64,000 nt of DNA from Octopus vulgaris. Lineage: Eukaryota. The stretch lies in the NCBI GenBank assembly GCA_951406725.2, contig OX597833.1:28520001-28584000 (forward strand), written 5' to 3'. Position 1 is the first letter of the stretch, and the number at the start of each line of letters is the position of its first letter. Shown piece by piece: positions 1 to 13,039 of this stretch. Below the pieces are notes generated by a model. The model was not told the DNA's origin. It ran no database searches and worked only from the letters and a program-made list of their open reading frames with translations. The position numbers and the translations under genes were made by a program.

Positions 1-92
1 TAGGTTCTCAGCAAGTAGGAAAAAGATGAGATGGTCACAACTAAAAGACTTAGATTTAAAAAATGGTTAAACTAAAGCATTTGACCCAAGCA

Positions 93-386
93 AAACGAAT
101 ATGAAAAATAAATGCACCCTCACGAAAGGGTGGGTGGGGGAGAGGACTCAGAAAATTCACATCATGAATGTTCTGAGTCGCCGCACCAGAGCCAAGAAAC
201 AAAAGAAAAATAGTGTAATAGGTGTAAAACAACTTGTTCTAAACGAATATGAGAAAAAAATGCCCACTTGCAAAATTAGGGGGAAGGCTCGGAAAATTCA
301 CATCGTCACACCATGGCCTTTAAACTATAGTGTTTGACCCTAGCCAAAAAAAAAAAGAAAAAATAGTGTAATTGGTGTAAAACAAT
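93..386. repeat. Two degenerate ~148-bp tandem units; related in opposite orientation to the repeats at 6550-7070
   Basis: aaacgaatatga...gaaaattcacatc...gaaaaatagtgtaat.ggtgtaaaacaa occurs at ~93-236 and ~241-386; the reverse complement resembles 6950-7030. Confidence 0.55.
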
Positions 387-1048
387 TTGAAGAGCAGATG
401 TTTGTAAGCCATTCAAGAACACACACACACACAAAGAGAAACGGTTGGTTCACTGCAACATTTAAATCTCATTTAAATCTCGATATTTTTGCTGCTTTGA
501 AACCGAGACTTGTTCGCTGACAAAACAGAGGCAACACAAGTTTTTGTCATGGTTTTGCCATGGTTTCAAAGAACAAAAATATTTAGACACAAACGAAATT
601 TAAATTTTGCAGTGAAAGTAACAGCTTTTGTTGTTCTGGAATTGCTTACAAACATCTTACAAACTGCAAATTCTCTTAAATATTCAACCTTACCCTGCCC
701 CTATTTACAAAACTTGCCACTCTTTTTAATTTTTTTTTCTCTTTAACATGCCTTTAAATTGTTATGTTATAGAAATAATTATAACCTGGAATATATATAT
801 ATATATGCATATATAAGAAATATATATATATATATTTATATATATACATGTATAGAACAGACTTCTTTCAAACTGAAAGTATTCCCTCACATTACAATAG
901 AGACGTAATACTGAAATAGTGTAAGAGATGAGATTGCTCTGGGCTCACATTAGGCAAGAAGTTGGAAATTTTGGGGGCCCATGACACTGCATGGACCTTG
1001 GCTTGAAGCCTGCTACTTTAAGTAATTTATTTCAAGTTTATGTATATA

Positions 1049-1429
1049 CTAGCAGTATCGCCCGGCGTTGCTCAGGTTTGTAAGGGAAATAACTATAAAG
1101 CATTTTTAGAGAGTTATAGCCAAAAAATAGCAAAAAAATGGGAAAAAATGATGGTAAATTTTTTTTGAGTTAAAAAAGGTGGAGTTGCGTCCCCTAGACG
1201 GTCTGTGGTTTGGGTTTCTGATTCTCGACCCCATGTCGAATTTATCGATTTCTTTCAGAACTGGGGGAACTTTTCAAAATTTTCGCTGCGTTAGTTTTGA
1301 ATTATGACATTGGGCTATGTGTGTGTCAAGTTTCATCAGAATCGGTTAAAAGCCGCGGTCAGAGTGAGGGTACGAGAAAACAGACACACAGAAAACGCAC
1401 AGACAAACTGCCGTTTATATAGAGAGAGA
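1049..1429 (-). mobile_element. Non-autonomous Helitron
   Basis: Minus strand starts TC (tctctctctatataaac) and ends with a GC-rich hairpin-like cctgagcaacgccggg followed by CTAG; inserted between A and T with no TSD. Confidence 0.75.
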
Positions 1430-1960
1430 TGTGTGTATAAGCCAATGAAGGAGACCTCCACATGGTAGGTAGACGTAGCTAGACCTGGTAGAAATAGTAG
1501 CCAAATCTCCCTCAAAACACCATACTGTCTTAATCTGACAATCCTGCCTATTGTGTAGTTTTAATGATAAACTGTAACTAAAGAATAAGATTATTAACCC
1601 CAACATTTTAAGCGTTTAAATAGCAATAAAATTTTTTTCTCTTTTTTTGTTTAATTAAAATGGTTGACCTTTAACTCGTTTTTCATAGAGAGCAAAGAAG
1701 AGAGACAGCATAGCGATGGTTTTGGCTGATTGTCATCCTGTACTCCCCTTGTTGCTAGCGAAATGGCATGTGCCGGCTGTCTGAGCAACTGGTTGCTTTT
1801 TAATGGCAGAACAAACAGGACAAAAAGATTACAAAAATAGCGATTTGAAGTTAACAATTCGAAAATCTCATGTATCCATGCTTAAAATTTCAGCATGATC
1901 GGATGAATAATGCTTGAGTTATAAGTGCACAGACAGACAGAACAGAATTTATATATATAT

Positions 1961-2263
1961 ATCATCATCATCATCATTTAGCATCCGTTTTCCATGCTAG
2001 CATGGGTTGGACGGTTCAACTGGGGTCTGTGAAGCTGGAAGGCTTCATCAGGCCCAGTCAGATCTGGTAGTGTTTCTACGGCTGGATGCCCTTCCTAACG
2101 CCAACCATTCCGTGAGTGTAGTGGGTGCTTTTTACGTGCCACCCGCACAGGTGCCAGACAGAGCTGGCAAACGGCCACGAACGAATGGTGCTTTTACGTG
2201 TCACCGACACGGGGGCCAGACAGACTGGCAAACGGCCACGAACGGATGGTGCTTTTACGTGTC
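1961..2263 (-). mobile_element. 3' UTR-only copy of the RTE LINE family (or derived SINE) with (ATG)n tail
   Basis: Matches the 3' end of the RTE copies at 38571 and 52163 (catccgttttccatgctagcatgggttggacgg); (atc)n tail abuts a (TA)n tract. Confidence 0.85.
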
Positions 2264-2798
2264 ATAATTATTATTATTAGAAAGGAGCAAAAATATCACA
2301 TCACTGGTACTCACAGTTCCACATTCCTGTTTGTTAGACAGTTTGGGTTAGAATGGCGCAAGATAAAGTTAAATGCTGAAATACAATTACTTTGATAGAT
2401 ACACATTTGAAAATGGCTTTGTTTCATTGGTCCTTTCAACTAATGGTCTTTTCAATAACCGATTGAGTGAAATAGGAAATTGTGGTTTAAAATAATATTA
2501 TTATAATAATCGACGAAGAATCTTAATTCAAAAATAGCTTATAAAGAAGGAAAAAACCCTGAATACCCAGGGTAAATAATTTGCTGTAAAAATACTAATA
2601 AATTCTATTGAACCTTTGGAGGGGTATTATGGCGGTAATAAAAGATATATCCATTTCAAATATTTTCACACTAGATTACGTATACATTTAGCAATATATA
2701 CACATACCAAACAATCTATAATATACACATATACACTAAACATACACAGGTGCATGGTTACATACATATATAGGCAAAGCATAAATATATAAAAATGC

Positions 2799-2854
<56 letters not shown>

Positions 2855-3616
2855 ATGTATATACGCAAGGTATGTATACCTGCGTGTACAGGGCAATAAT
2901 ACATACAGATACGCGTATATATGGATGTGCATGTGTACATATACATGTGAGTACGAGTTCTATATGTAGATATTGATATGTATACATCTTCACATATATA
3001 TTTTCTTCTACTACTAAGCACTGACCTGTCCAACCACTTAATCTATATTCCTAAATTTTTCATTCCATACTACTACTCCTCTCTCGGTCCCATCACTTAG
3101 ACTGTATTGCTACATAACTGACACTCCCTTACTTTTTACATTATTATACCTCTTTCTATCACTCCCCCCCATTCCTTCTATCTCTTTACACTCTAATACC
3201 TTTCTCTCTCGATCACCCTCATCTCCCCATTCTTACTTTTAAATTATCTTGACTGACCAATAACTGGTATACTCCTTGTTTTTCTTTTTCCTTTTTTTTC
3301 TCTTTTCTTTATTCCTCTCTTCTTGTTTTTGATTTGACCTTACAAATACATTCCCTACTTTTAGGTCACTTTAAATAAAACCTTTGATTCAATAGCACTG
3401 TGTACAAACTCTATACTTGGAATGACCAATTTTAAATACTATTGGATTTTACTCACAAGATATTGGAATCTTATATGTATACCATTCATTCTGCCTAAAT
3501 AATGGATCTACAAATGCAATATCCCTGCATATCTCACACCTATTTTCATTCCTCCACTTCATTCTCTATTTCATATCTTATCTAAATTAACTATTGCTTA
3601 ACCATTTTCTCACACC

Positions 3617-3664
3617 GTCTCCGATGAAGGGATATAATAAATATCCTGGAAACAGCTGTAAGGC
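3617..3664 (+). ncRNA. Type-I hammerhead ribozyme motif (variant core CCGAUGA) in a PLE-like remnant
   Basis: gtct-CCGATGA-agggatat/atatcctg stem II-GAAA-cagctg (palindromic stem III)-TA-aggc. Confidence 0.65.
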
Positions 3665-4064
3665 CTTCTATTTATAAATGTTCAAAAATCTTCACAGCCT
3701 TGGTTTTTTTTTATCTCATACTGAAAAAAAAATTATGTATGTATGCATGCACACGCATGCAAAGAAAATCTCTTGGCATATGCTTATGCAAGTTAGTTGT
3801 TACATGCGAAAGATAAAGAAGGAAAAAAATCAGATAATAAGTGGGGGGGGGGAGAAAACAGTGGAAAAAAAGAAAAAAGAAGAAACAGAAAGTTAGAGAA
3901 GGAAAGAGAAAAAATACTTAGGAAAAGATAGTTGTAAAATGATGTTTTGCACGACAAACACATATAAAAATGCACACAAAGCTACATGTATTTCTACATA
4001 AATTCAAATACACACACATAGATACACATACATATATACAAAAAAAAATATGTATGCATATATC

Positions 4065-6215
4065 ACAGCATTGGTTTCTCCAGGGGTTCTCTTTCCATTT
4101 ACAAGTTCCCCATATAGCATCAGTTTAGGGATCCTGCTATCCTTCATTCTAATAAGGTATCTGGTCCAATGTAACCAGTGCTTGTGCACCATCACCTCAA
4201 TACTCGAGATATCAGCTGTCCTCATGACCTGTATGCCTGGAGTTTTTAAGGTCCATCCAACATCCAGAATAAGTCTGAGACATCTCTGATGAAACCGTTC
4301 AAAGGCCCTTACATGACGTTTGTAAAGGGTCCATGTATCACATGAGTAAAAGAGCAATGTCAGTATATATGCACAGTACACAGCGATTTTTGTTTGACTT
4401 CTGATGCCGTGCTGGGACCAGACACGAGACTGAAGAGACCAGAAGGAATCAGTTGCTCTCTGCAGCCTGAAAGATATTTCCTCATCCAGGGAACAAGAAC
4501 AGTTAAGTGCACTGCCCAGGTAGACAAACTAATCTACCACATTCAGAATTGTTCCGTTAACCAAGATAGCTGGTTCCACATATGGATTTCCTGGTGCAGG
4601 CTGGAACATTACAACAGTTGTGTCCAAGCTAATGCTGAGTCCAAAAGCCTTGCAAGAATCAGAAATATGATTCATAAGTATTTGAATGTCATCCACAGTA
4701 TGAGTGACTAAGTCACAGTTATTTGCATAAAGGAGGTCATGAATAAGAGACTAAAAAAACTTTTGAATTGGCAGCAAATTGGCGCAGATTAAGGAGGTGG
4801 CCAGAAGATCAATAACTGACATATATTCCCAGAGAGCGAACTTTAGCAAAAGCATGAGTAAAAGCTGCAGCAAAGTACAAAGAAAGAGATTTGGTGTATG
4901 GATGTCAGCCTGCTTGACACCATTCTCTACAGGAATGGGTCCCACCATGCCTCCACCAAGATTGTCTCAAGCATCCATCCCATCATAAAATGATTTAATT
5001 ATAGATACAAACTGATCTGGACATCCAAGCTTGCCAAGCTTTTTCCATCAAAAAGCCCTACATACAGTATCAAAGGCCTTCGTTAAATCAATGGACAAGG
5101 ACGTCATTTAGTAGGCACCTATTCAAGCAGGTAAAAATATTTGCCAGAACCTTGCCAGCAGCTGATAGTAGAGCAATACCGCTGTAGTTACCACACAATG
5201 TTATTGCTCCTTTTCCTTTATAGTGAGGAAGAATAATTGCGTCCTTCCAGTCCTTAGGTATTGCACCAACCCTCCAAATTGCACATGAAGGGACTGTATG
5301 ATGTAATCACCACCAAATTGCAAGACCAGTACAAATGCCATCATTTCCAGATACCCTACCAAGAGTCAATTTACTTATTGATATCATTACTTCATCTATT
5401 GAGGGCATGGAATTTAAGGAGCCAATGATAAGTCTTTGTAGCATAGTATCCATCACTGTTTCATCCACAACTGACCCATGGGTTTCGAAGTTCAAAGACG
5501 TGTTCGATCCAACGACCTGCAATTTCTGTTGATTTAGTAAATAGAGTGGAAAATCCTTAGAAAGCAAAGGAGCTGATGTGGAGCTCTTAGGCCCATAAAC
5601 TTGCTTCATAAGATGGTAAAGCTTCTTGCTGTCATTTGCATCAGCAGCAGCCTGAACATCACAAGCAAGATCCTCCCACAAAGTGTTCTGCATCTTCCTG
5701 AGAGATCGCTACAGTAGTGATTTTACACTGCTATAGTGGGCAAGTACTAGATTTCCCTGCACAACAGAAAGTTTTCCCCATGCTGCAGTATGTGAGTCAG
5801 AAGCTCTTTCCTCAACACAGCATTATATATCTTGTAGACATTCAGACACTGGAGAATGCTGACTGGCCCTCTCCTCTCTTTTACTCTAATCATCATCTGG
5901 AAGTTTGCTCACACCAGACTATGGTCTGTCCAGCATTCCGATCCATGAAAAGACTTGACATTACAAATGTCATAGATGTCACACTTGTGGATGATGACAT
6001 AATCCAGCAAGTGCCAAACTTTAGACCTTGGATGCATCCACATTGTCATGTGATCACCTTTGTGCATAAAATGAGTGCTTGCGATGTAAAGTCCATGTTC
6101 ATCGTGAGCTCCAGCAGCATGAGACCATTACTGCTCATGTTCCATACTCCAAAACATTGTAGAGAGTTCCATGTTTGCCAGTCAGTTCCAACTCTGGCAC
6201 TGAAATCCCGCGTGA
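4065..6215 (-). mobile_element. Degenerate RTE-clade LINE (end of APE endonuclease, RT, C-terminus); many stops and frameshifts
   Basis: Translated fragments WMHPRSKVWHLLDYVI, FDTVC, GVKQAD, LFYSCDTWTLYKRHVRAFERFHQRCLRLIL, RMKDSRIPKLMLYGEL. Confidence 0.85.
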
Positions 6216-6549
6216 GCACTCACACACGTACACACATATTTTCCAAAAGAAACTGAATCTGTGAACTTTATTTTAGAACTGTAATCTCCTTCTGAAGAAT
6301 AAAGCTCAAACAGAAATGTTATGGTTGATTACATGACACAAAACAGAAGAGGGCAATAAAAACCGAAAACAAAGAAACTGAAATTTTCAAAATTGTTTAT
6401 GTTTATTTAATTATAATCTTCTTTGTTGAAAGCAGAAATACCAAGAAAGAAAACAAAATAATAATTGCGGAGAGATTATTCCAAAGCTTTGCCAAATAAT
6501 TACCAAGACGAAGGTATGTACATGTATGTTTGCACAAATTTTTTTTCAT

Positions 6550-7070
6550 ATTCATTTTCTACACGTTTTTTTTTTTTTTACACCTATTAGGCTGCTTCTT
6601 TCGTTTTGGTGACTGGGCGCTAAACTAGATCCTGAAAATTATGAGGGAAAAAACGGATCATATGAACTTTCCGACAGTCCTCTCCGCACATATTTCTTTA
6701 TAATCGTAATCTATGCTGTTTGAAAGGTGTTTCTATAAAATTTCATTGAAAGATATCCATTTTCCAGAAAGTTGAAGGAAAAACGGATTGTATGAATTTT
6801 CCGAAATCCTCTCTCCACCCCTTCCAAAAATATTTTCCCCAGAAATTTCGTTATAATTTTAATTTGTGCCATTTGAAGGGTATTTCTATAAAATTTCATA
6901 AAATATATCCATTTTCCTGAAAGTTATGAGGGAAATATCGGATCTTGTGAATTTTCCGAAAGTCCTCTTCCCACCCACCCCGTTCGTTTGCGTAAATTTT
7001 TGTTTTCTACACATTATTTTACACCTAGTAGGCTGTACATATTTTTTTCCCGTGACCGGGGCTTAAACAG
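6550..7070. repeat. Three degenerate ~140-150-bp tandem units, probably the interior of an old DNA element
   Basis: Recurring tttcctgaaagttatgagggaaa..cggat...gaattttccgaa.tcctctcc at ~6630, ~6760 and ~6912. Confidence 0.55.
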
Positions 7071-8003
7071 TATATTGACCTAATCTAGTTCTATGATAAT
7101 TTAGTTCTATGATAAACACGGGATGTTTACGGCCAGAACGCCTTTGATCATTGATCTTCTCAGTCATAACTAGCTACGAGCTAAATAACTAAAAATGTGT
7201 GGCTAAATATCCCTCAAATCACACCCCTACATCTTTAAAAAAAATAAATAAATAAACAGATACGCTCACGGCTGGAGCAACTTTTATCAATAAGAGTCGA
7301 CATGCAACTAAGAACTAAAAATTTATCGAAGTGCGGAATATGGCCTCAACGAAATATGGTATTGCAGGGTTCAGGCATAAGCTAAAAGCAAGCTTCAACT
7401 TTAAACCTCACAAATAAAAGCATTTAGGTTTTTGATTTTTATGAGACCATCTGGTGTAAGTTTAAAAATGTAGCATGCACGTCTAAATCCGACACAGGAT
7501 GTATGGATTATGAGATATTGGAAACAACGTAGCGTGTAAGACCAAAACTGAATATTTTAAGGAACTCAGTAAAATACTGGCGTCAAAAAATCGTTTAATT
7601 TGTTAATCGTATGTTTAACAGCGTCTTTCAACAAGGGCGTCCTGCGTCCACTGGACCTGCTAAAAATAGCAATCAAATCTCCTTAAAAATCACACACCTT
7701 GGATAACATAGTCATGAATATATAAAAACACGGAATGTTTACGGCTGGAACGTTTTTTCGTTGTTTTTTATTATCATAGAACTGTTCGATCAGCGTTGAC
7801 CTAGGGCTAAATAACACCTGACCCTTTAATTTGCTATAGTACGACTCAGCCTACAGAAACTAGCAAACTTAAAAATTAAAACTGAGTAGGAAAATGTGCA
7901 CTAAAGACAAGTATATTAACCACATTAAGTAACAATAATTTCTTACACAGACACAAGGCCACGATTTTGTTTTTATCACATCAACTCAGTACTTTACTAG
8001 GAT

Positions 8004-8254
8004 GGTAAATTTTGGGAAGTACACCCGCATGTACTAAGAAGAAAAAAAAGACCTCGGATTTTTTTGCATGAAATCAAATTTCCAGTGATTCCGGGATGGA
8101 GGGGGGGGTCTGGTTTCCCACCCCACCTCTTTTTTTCCGAATAAAAATAAGGGGCTTGCGGCATATTAGGGGGTCAGAGTGCTTGATTCCATGCAAAAAA
8201 TCGAGGTTTTTTTTCTTAGGGAAACGCGTGCAGGTGTACTTCCCAAAATTTACC
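8004..8254. mobile_element. MITE with ~75-bp GG-terminal inverted repeats
   Basis: ggtaaattttgggaagtacacc... at 8004 and ...ggtgtacttcccaaaatttacc ending 8254; no clear TSD. Confidence 0.7.
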
Positions 8255-8271
8255 AAATTAGAACTACATTT

Positions 8272-8680
8272 GGATCTTTTCAGTTTGAACGGCAGTTTTT
8301 TCTAGCGGTGTCATATGAAATTGTCACCCATAATTATGACCCTAGTATCGATCTATTGCATTTCAATCTATTTTAGGGTTAGGGTGGGGGGAAGGGTATC
8401 TTTTTTCTTCAGAAATGTAAAAAACAACAATCTGTTTCTTAAACGAGGGACATATTCATAGGACACAGAATGTTTTCACCTCAAATACACGTCATTGATT
8501 GGTTGAAATTGCCAAACTTGAAGAAAATATCTTACAAACATCTTACAAACTATAGAATTTTCTCAATAAAGCCAAGAGAAAAAGATGTTTTATAAACACA
8601 TTCTACCAGTATACGAAGTTTAAAATTTTTTAGTTACCTAGAAATTATGTTAAAAACTGCCGTTCAAACCGAAAAGATCC
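8272..8680. mobile_element. Merlin-like MITE (GGATC termini) with internal TTAGGG tract
   Basis: 29-bp TIR ggatcttttcagtttgaacggcagttttt / aaaaactgccgttcaaaccgaaaagatcc; ttagggttaggg at ~8373; same family as 13040-13919 and 18416-19525. Confidence 0.8.
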
Positions 8681-9078
8681 CTTATATTTTACTAATTCTG
8701 AAAGGATGAAAGTCAAAGTAGATCTTGGTTGGATTTGAACTCAGAACGTAACGAGATGTAAAAAATAAATACCTCAGGGCAGTTAAAATGGTGATAATCT
8801 ATGTCGGTCCTTTCTGTTTCAGACAAAGAAAGGAATACGTCTGATTGTTCTTCCGGTACATGAACTTCACTGTGCGAAGCAGCTTTAGCTGTCAATGGAA
8901 TGCTGAAAACATCAGCAAAAATCCTTCCAATCGTATCCCACCGTCTTCAAAAGAGGACACACAAAATGTGGTCCTAGATACACTACAACGGGGGAGGGGA
9001 CGGTATACTGAAACTTGTTCAATAGAGGCTGATCAGGAATTCAATAACACAACCTCCATAAAAAAAAGTATTAACATA

Positions 9079-9460
9079 GGCGCAGGCATCGCTGTGTGGT
9101 AAGAAGTTGCTTCCCAACCACATGGTTCCGAGTTAAGTGGCACTGCGTGGTACCTTGGGCAAGTGTCATCCACTATAGCGACGGGCTGACCAAAGCCTTG
9201 TGAGTGGATTTGGTAGATGGAAACTGAAAGAAGCCCGTCGGACGAAAGGACAGACAGATAGATAGGTGTGTGTGTCTTTGAGTCTGTGTTCCCGCCATCA
9301 CAGCTTGACAACTGGTGTTGTGTGTATACTAAGCGGTTTGGCAAAATAAACCGATAGAATGAGTACCAAGTTTTAACAAATAAGTACTGAAGTCGATCAT
9401 TCGACTAAAAATTCAAGGCGATGTTTCAGCATGGACGCAGTCTAATGACTGAAACAAGAA
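9079..9460 (+). mobile_element. tRNA-derived SINE family A (octopus OK/OR-like) with CORE-like ccttgggcaagt motif and internal microsatellite
   Basis: ggcgcagg...tgtgtggtaag head, B-box-like ggttccgagtt, tail gactgaaacaag; many copies in the window. Confidence 0.85.
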
Positions 9461-10316
9461 AACAGTAATTTTGGCTACCAAATCCTAAAGTTTTTAATAA
9501 TCTTACAAATAATAATAACCATCAAGTTAACACAATATAGCATTTCACTTCAAAACATTATCAATTTCCAACTTGTCTATTGAATCGTTCTGAGAGGTGG
9601 CGAATATTCGGAACTCTAAATTAGAGGCGTTTGAAACAAGATTGGACTGTGCTTGTGAGAATAAAGAGCAAAGATTCAAACCAAAAGTAAAAATACTTAT
9701 CCAACTTGACAATCGCAAAATAATACCAAAATGTGAAAGAACTTCAGCTAGGTGTAACCTAGATGAAACCTATTTCCAAGTCACCTATTACTAATACCTG
9801 TAATCGCTATGAAAAATCATTTATGTAGCATTCACAAATTGATTATTACTTCCGTCATATGCGGAGTCTGTTCCCTACCTCTCTCTCTCACTCTCTTGTG
9901 TAGCTTCATCTATAATGAATCACAAAAAGTCCATGACACTCTGCCACCAATTCTGACGTTACCTAATCTCGACCGTAAATATTTAAGTTATCCTCGCTTT
10001 TACGGTCCTAAACTGAAATTGGTCTTTTGAATAGAGGACCGTAAAAGCGAGGATATCCAATATTTTTGTTCGCTACTTTATGTTTATATATTGCAACATG
10101 CTGTAATTTCGTGGTTGAAATGAACGAAATGAAGTGAAAACAGTCAGTTTGCACCTCCAGTACTTTGATAAAGACAATTTCAATAATAATCAATAGGCTC
10201 AGAAGAACAAGTTAGGTGATTTTGGTTTCCGCTGCCAGTTAAATAACTACATGTGTGAAAACGAAGCTCCCTGATTATTTTTTCACACGTTAGTTTACAA
10301 TATATAATAATGACAA

Positions 10317-10670
10317 GGCGGCAAGCTGGCAGAATCGTTAGCACACCGAGCAAAAAATGCTTTGCGGCATTTCGTCTGTCTTTCGAAAGTCAGTCAATAA
10401 AATAAGTATCAGTTAAGTGCTGGGATCGATGTAATCGACTTACCCTCTCCCCCGAATTTGCTGGCCTTGTGCCAAAATCTGAAATTACTATATAACAATA
10501 ATCCTCTTTCTACTATAGGAACAAGGCATGAAATTTGGAGGATGGGGCTAGTTGATTACATTGATCCCGATGCTCAAATGGTAATTATTTTATCAAATCC
10601 CGAAAGATTAACAGGTAAAGTCGACTTCGGTGGTGTTTGAACTCAGAACGTGAAGAGCCAGAAGAAATGC
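10317..10670. mobile_element. Two tail-to-tail copies of tRNA-derived SINE family B (ggcggcaagctggcagaatcgttagc head)
   Basis: Plus copy ~10317-10485, minus copy ~10505-10670; other copies near 32810, 33015, 40905, 41290, 54080 and 63020. Confidence 0.75.
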
Positions 10671-10790
10671 ATCGATACGATAACGAGCCAACCAGATCGG
10701 CAATCATACAAATATAACAATAACTTAATGTCAACAAATAAATAAGTTATACAGAAAAAATAGTAGAAACATCATGAACAAAGGTCTTAC

Positions 10791-10892
10791 TTCCTTGGTG
10801 ACTAAATGTCCAGTAACACGCTTCATGTCAACGCATTTGCTACAGGAAACAACCAGAAGACAGAGCCACAAGCAGTAACATTTTTTGTTCAT
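10791..10892 (-). CDS. TMEM145: Probable first coding exon of transmembrane protein 145 (GPR180/TMEM145 family)
   Basis: aacATG context; MNKKCYCLWLCLLVVSCSKCVD is signal-peptide-like; KRVTGHLVTKE resembles the TMEM145 mature N-terminus as I recall it (human AKYVRGNLSSKE); ends at a phase-0 donor GAA|gtaaga. No downstream exon (expected DWxFLxRFCFL) found in the window. Confidence 0.65.
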
Positions 10893-13030
10893 GTTGGAGC
10901 TGAAACGAAAAGTCCATTCAACGGTTTCCTTCAAGGCAACACCAAGGTCCCTCATTTTAAATGTTTCGCCATTTTCTATGTCATTGCCTACTGTTATTCT
11001 TCTGTTATATAATGAAGTTTTGTTGTTAAGTAGAGTCTGATTAAAGCGAGTCTGAGCTTGTAGTAAGGCAATTAAAACATGGACAGTTCGGTCCACTCAT
11101 CTCTGTACTTTCCAGCTAACATCATCCAATATGATAGAGAAATACATCAAACGCAACAATGGCCGCTAAGAAAAATCCACGACACTCCTTACCGTCTTCC
11201 CTCTTTTTTTCTCTTTCACTTTCTTTCTCTTTCTATCATTTGTGTATGTGCGTTCTCCGCTCTTTCTTTTTTTCTCATGTCATTGCCCCCTTTCTCTTTT
11301 GTTTCTGTACGTCAGTTACTTTTCTGATGCTCTTTAACATTCTTCTCTCTATTGATCAATCTAAATATGAAGTAGTAATTCATCTGTCTGTCTATTTATC
11401 TATTGCCCCACCAATCAATCTCTCTGCTTACCTTACCTATAAACTTATCTACGAATCTTTTTTCTTATTTTGTTTTATTATTTATCTTTATAAGCAATAA
11501 CATATTTGTTTTGTGTTGTTAATATCTATTAGTCGCTGTATGTATTGATGTTATTGTTACTGTTGTCATTATTTTTTGTTTGTGTTTCTGTTGCTGTTAG
11601 TTTTAATTTGTTGCCTAGCAATCACTACCAATCCTCATTAACTTGAGCATTGAAGTAAAATATCCAACCATTACAGGGAAGAGTCCTCACCTCCCACTAC
11701 TACCTCTGTTTGTCCCCCCCCCCCGCTTTAAAACAAATTATCTCTTCCCACACAAATACATTATGTGTATATGTATGTATATACACACACACACACATTA
11801 ATGTGTATTTATGTATGAATCTATAGATATTTCATTTGTATGCATACGCACACATACACAGCCATACCACTTGATACTTTCCCGAAGATTTACCGCTAAA
11901 CGAAACAGCGCTTTATGGGGTCATTAAAACATAGACTCATTGTTTAATAGACTAATTTGACATGAACATAAAAGATGATAGACATCGCCAATCGACTGAA
12001 AAATTTATCGGGAGACTTGCTATCACACCCTTTAAGCAATTAACTTTAGATAACTTCATACAATGTGTCTTACGATAAAGTTAGAAAACAAATTTAAAAT
12101 TCAGTGTTATAAAATTAAACATACAACAGGTTGAGTTAATCAACTTTATTGACAATTTACACATACCTTCTCACCATAAATTATGTTCAAAATGCAAAAT
12201 GAGAGGAAAGAAATGATTATTTGATTATTTGAAATGTGAGTCCGAGCTGTGGTTTTTCTTTATGCAGCGATGGCTGTCTTTCGAAAATTCTCTTATCTGC
12301 GTTTTGGCTCTTGTAAATAGATCATGGTAGCAGGACATCAAGTCCAGAATCCTTTTTTATTTGATTTTATTATTATTTTTTTTCCTTGCTGCTACGCTCC
12401 CAATCAAAGTAACTCAGTAAACTGATCCATAACTTCCGCAATTTTAATGAGGCTATTACTGAGGAATTCAGCAGATAAAATTTTTTTCTCGTTATTACTA
12501 GTCAACAGCAGGATCTTCGACGCTTCAGTTGATGAACACTTACTATGAGACTCTATTAACCTCGAGAAATCTTCCACGTTTACATTTTGCAGGCTTCCTT
12601 TATTGATCAGCTTAACAATAACATACTGTTATTTCGTTGTCATACTGTTATTTCTTTTCTTCTATCTTTTAGTTCTTCGTTTCAGGTTAATTAGTGATTA
12701 TCTAGAGCCTTTATGATATCGAACATTTTCTTTGATAAATGTTTTGATTTAGTCATCTGTTCGTTCAACAATTTGCCTGAAAGTGCGACGAAGGTATGAT
12801 ACTGATCCATAGGTTGAACTAAGGAAATGGTGTTTGGTGGTAAGTAAACAACTTCGTCAGGATTTCAGGTTGAATATCGAGATTTTGGAGTTGGCCAGGT
12901 GCATGCCAATCACCAACAATGCTTTAGGTTATGTTCTTAGCAATATCTTTTCATTGCTAGACAAAAGTCAATTGTGTTTTATTTGACTTATCCACTTCTG
13001 TACTTTTTTTTGTTTTTGTTTTTGTCTAGA
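10893..13030. promoter_or_regulatory. TE-poor island upstream of the TMEM145-like exon; candidate 5' UTR/promoter, possibly bidirectional
   Basis: ~2 kb without recognisable TE in an otherwise TE-saturated window, immediately 5' of the exon. Confidence 0.35.
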
Positions 13031-13039
13031 ATCAAATTC

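Noticed and set aside
860-930. Possible hammerhead (agtatt/aatact stem, GAAA, TA)
   Set aside because: No correctly placed CUGAnGA core or stem I; too degenerate. The same applies to relics near 2425-2460, 25778-25825, 31380-31430 and 31810-31880
5717-6256. 179-aa plus-strand ORF
   Set aside because: Antisense shadow of the degenerate RTE endonuclease region
8773-8902. Exon-like segment on the minus strand (ttttcag...CCTGAG|gtattt; IPLTAKAASHSEV...)
   Set aside because: Phase incompatible with the TMEM145-like donor (immediate stop in frame 0), no family resemblance, and both splice-like edges overlap degraded SINE sequence
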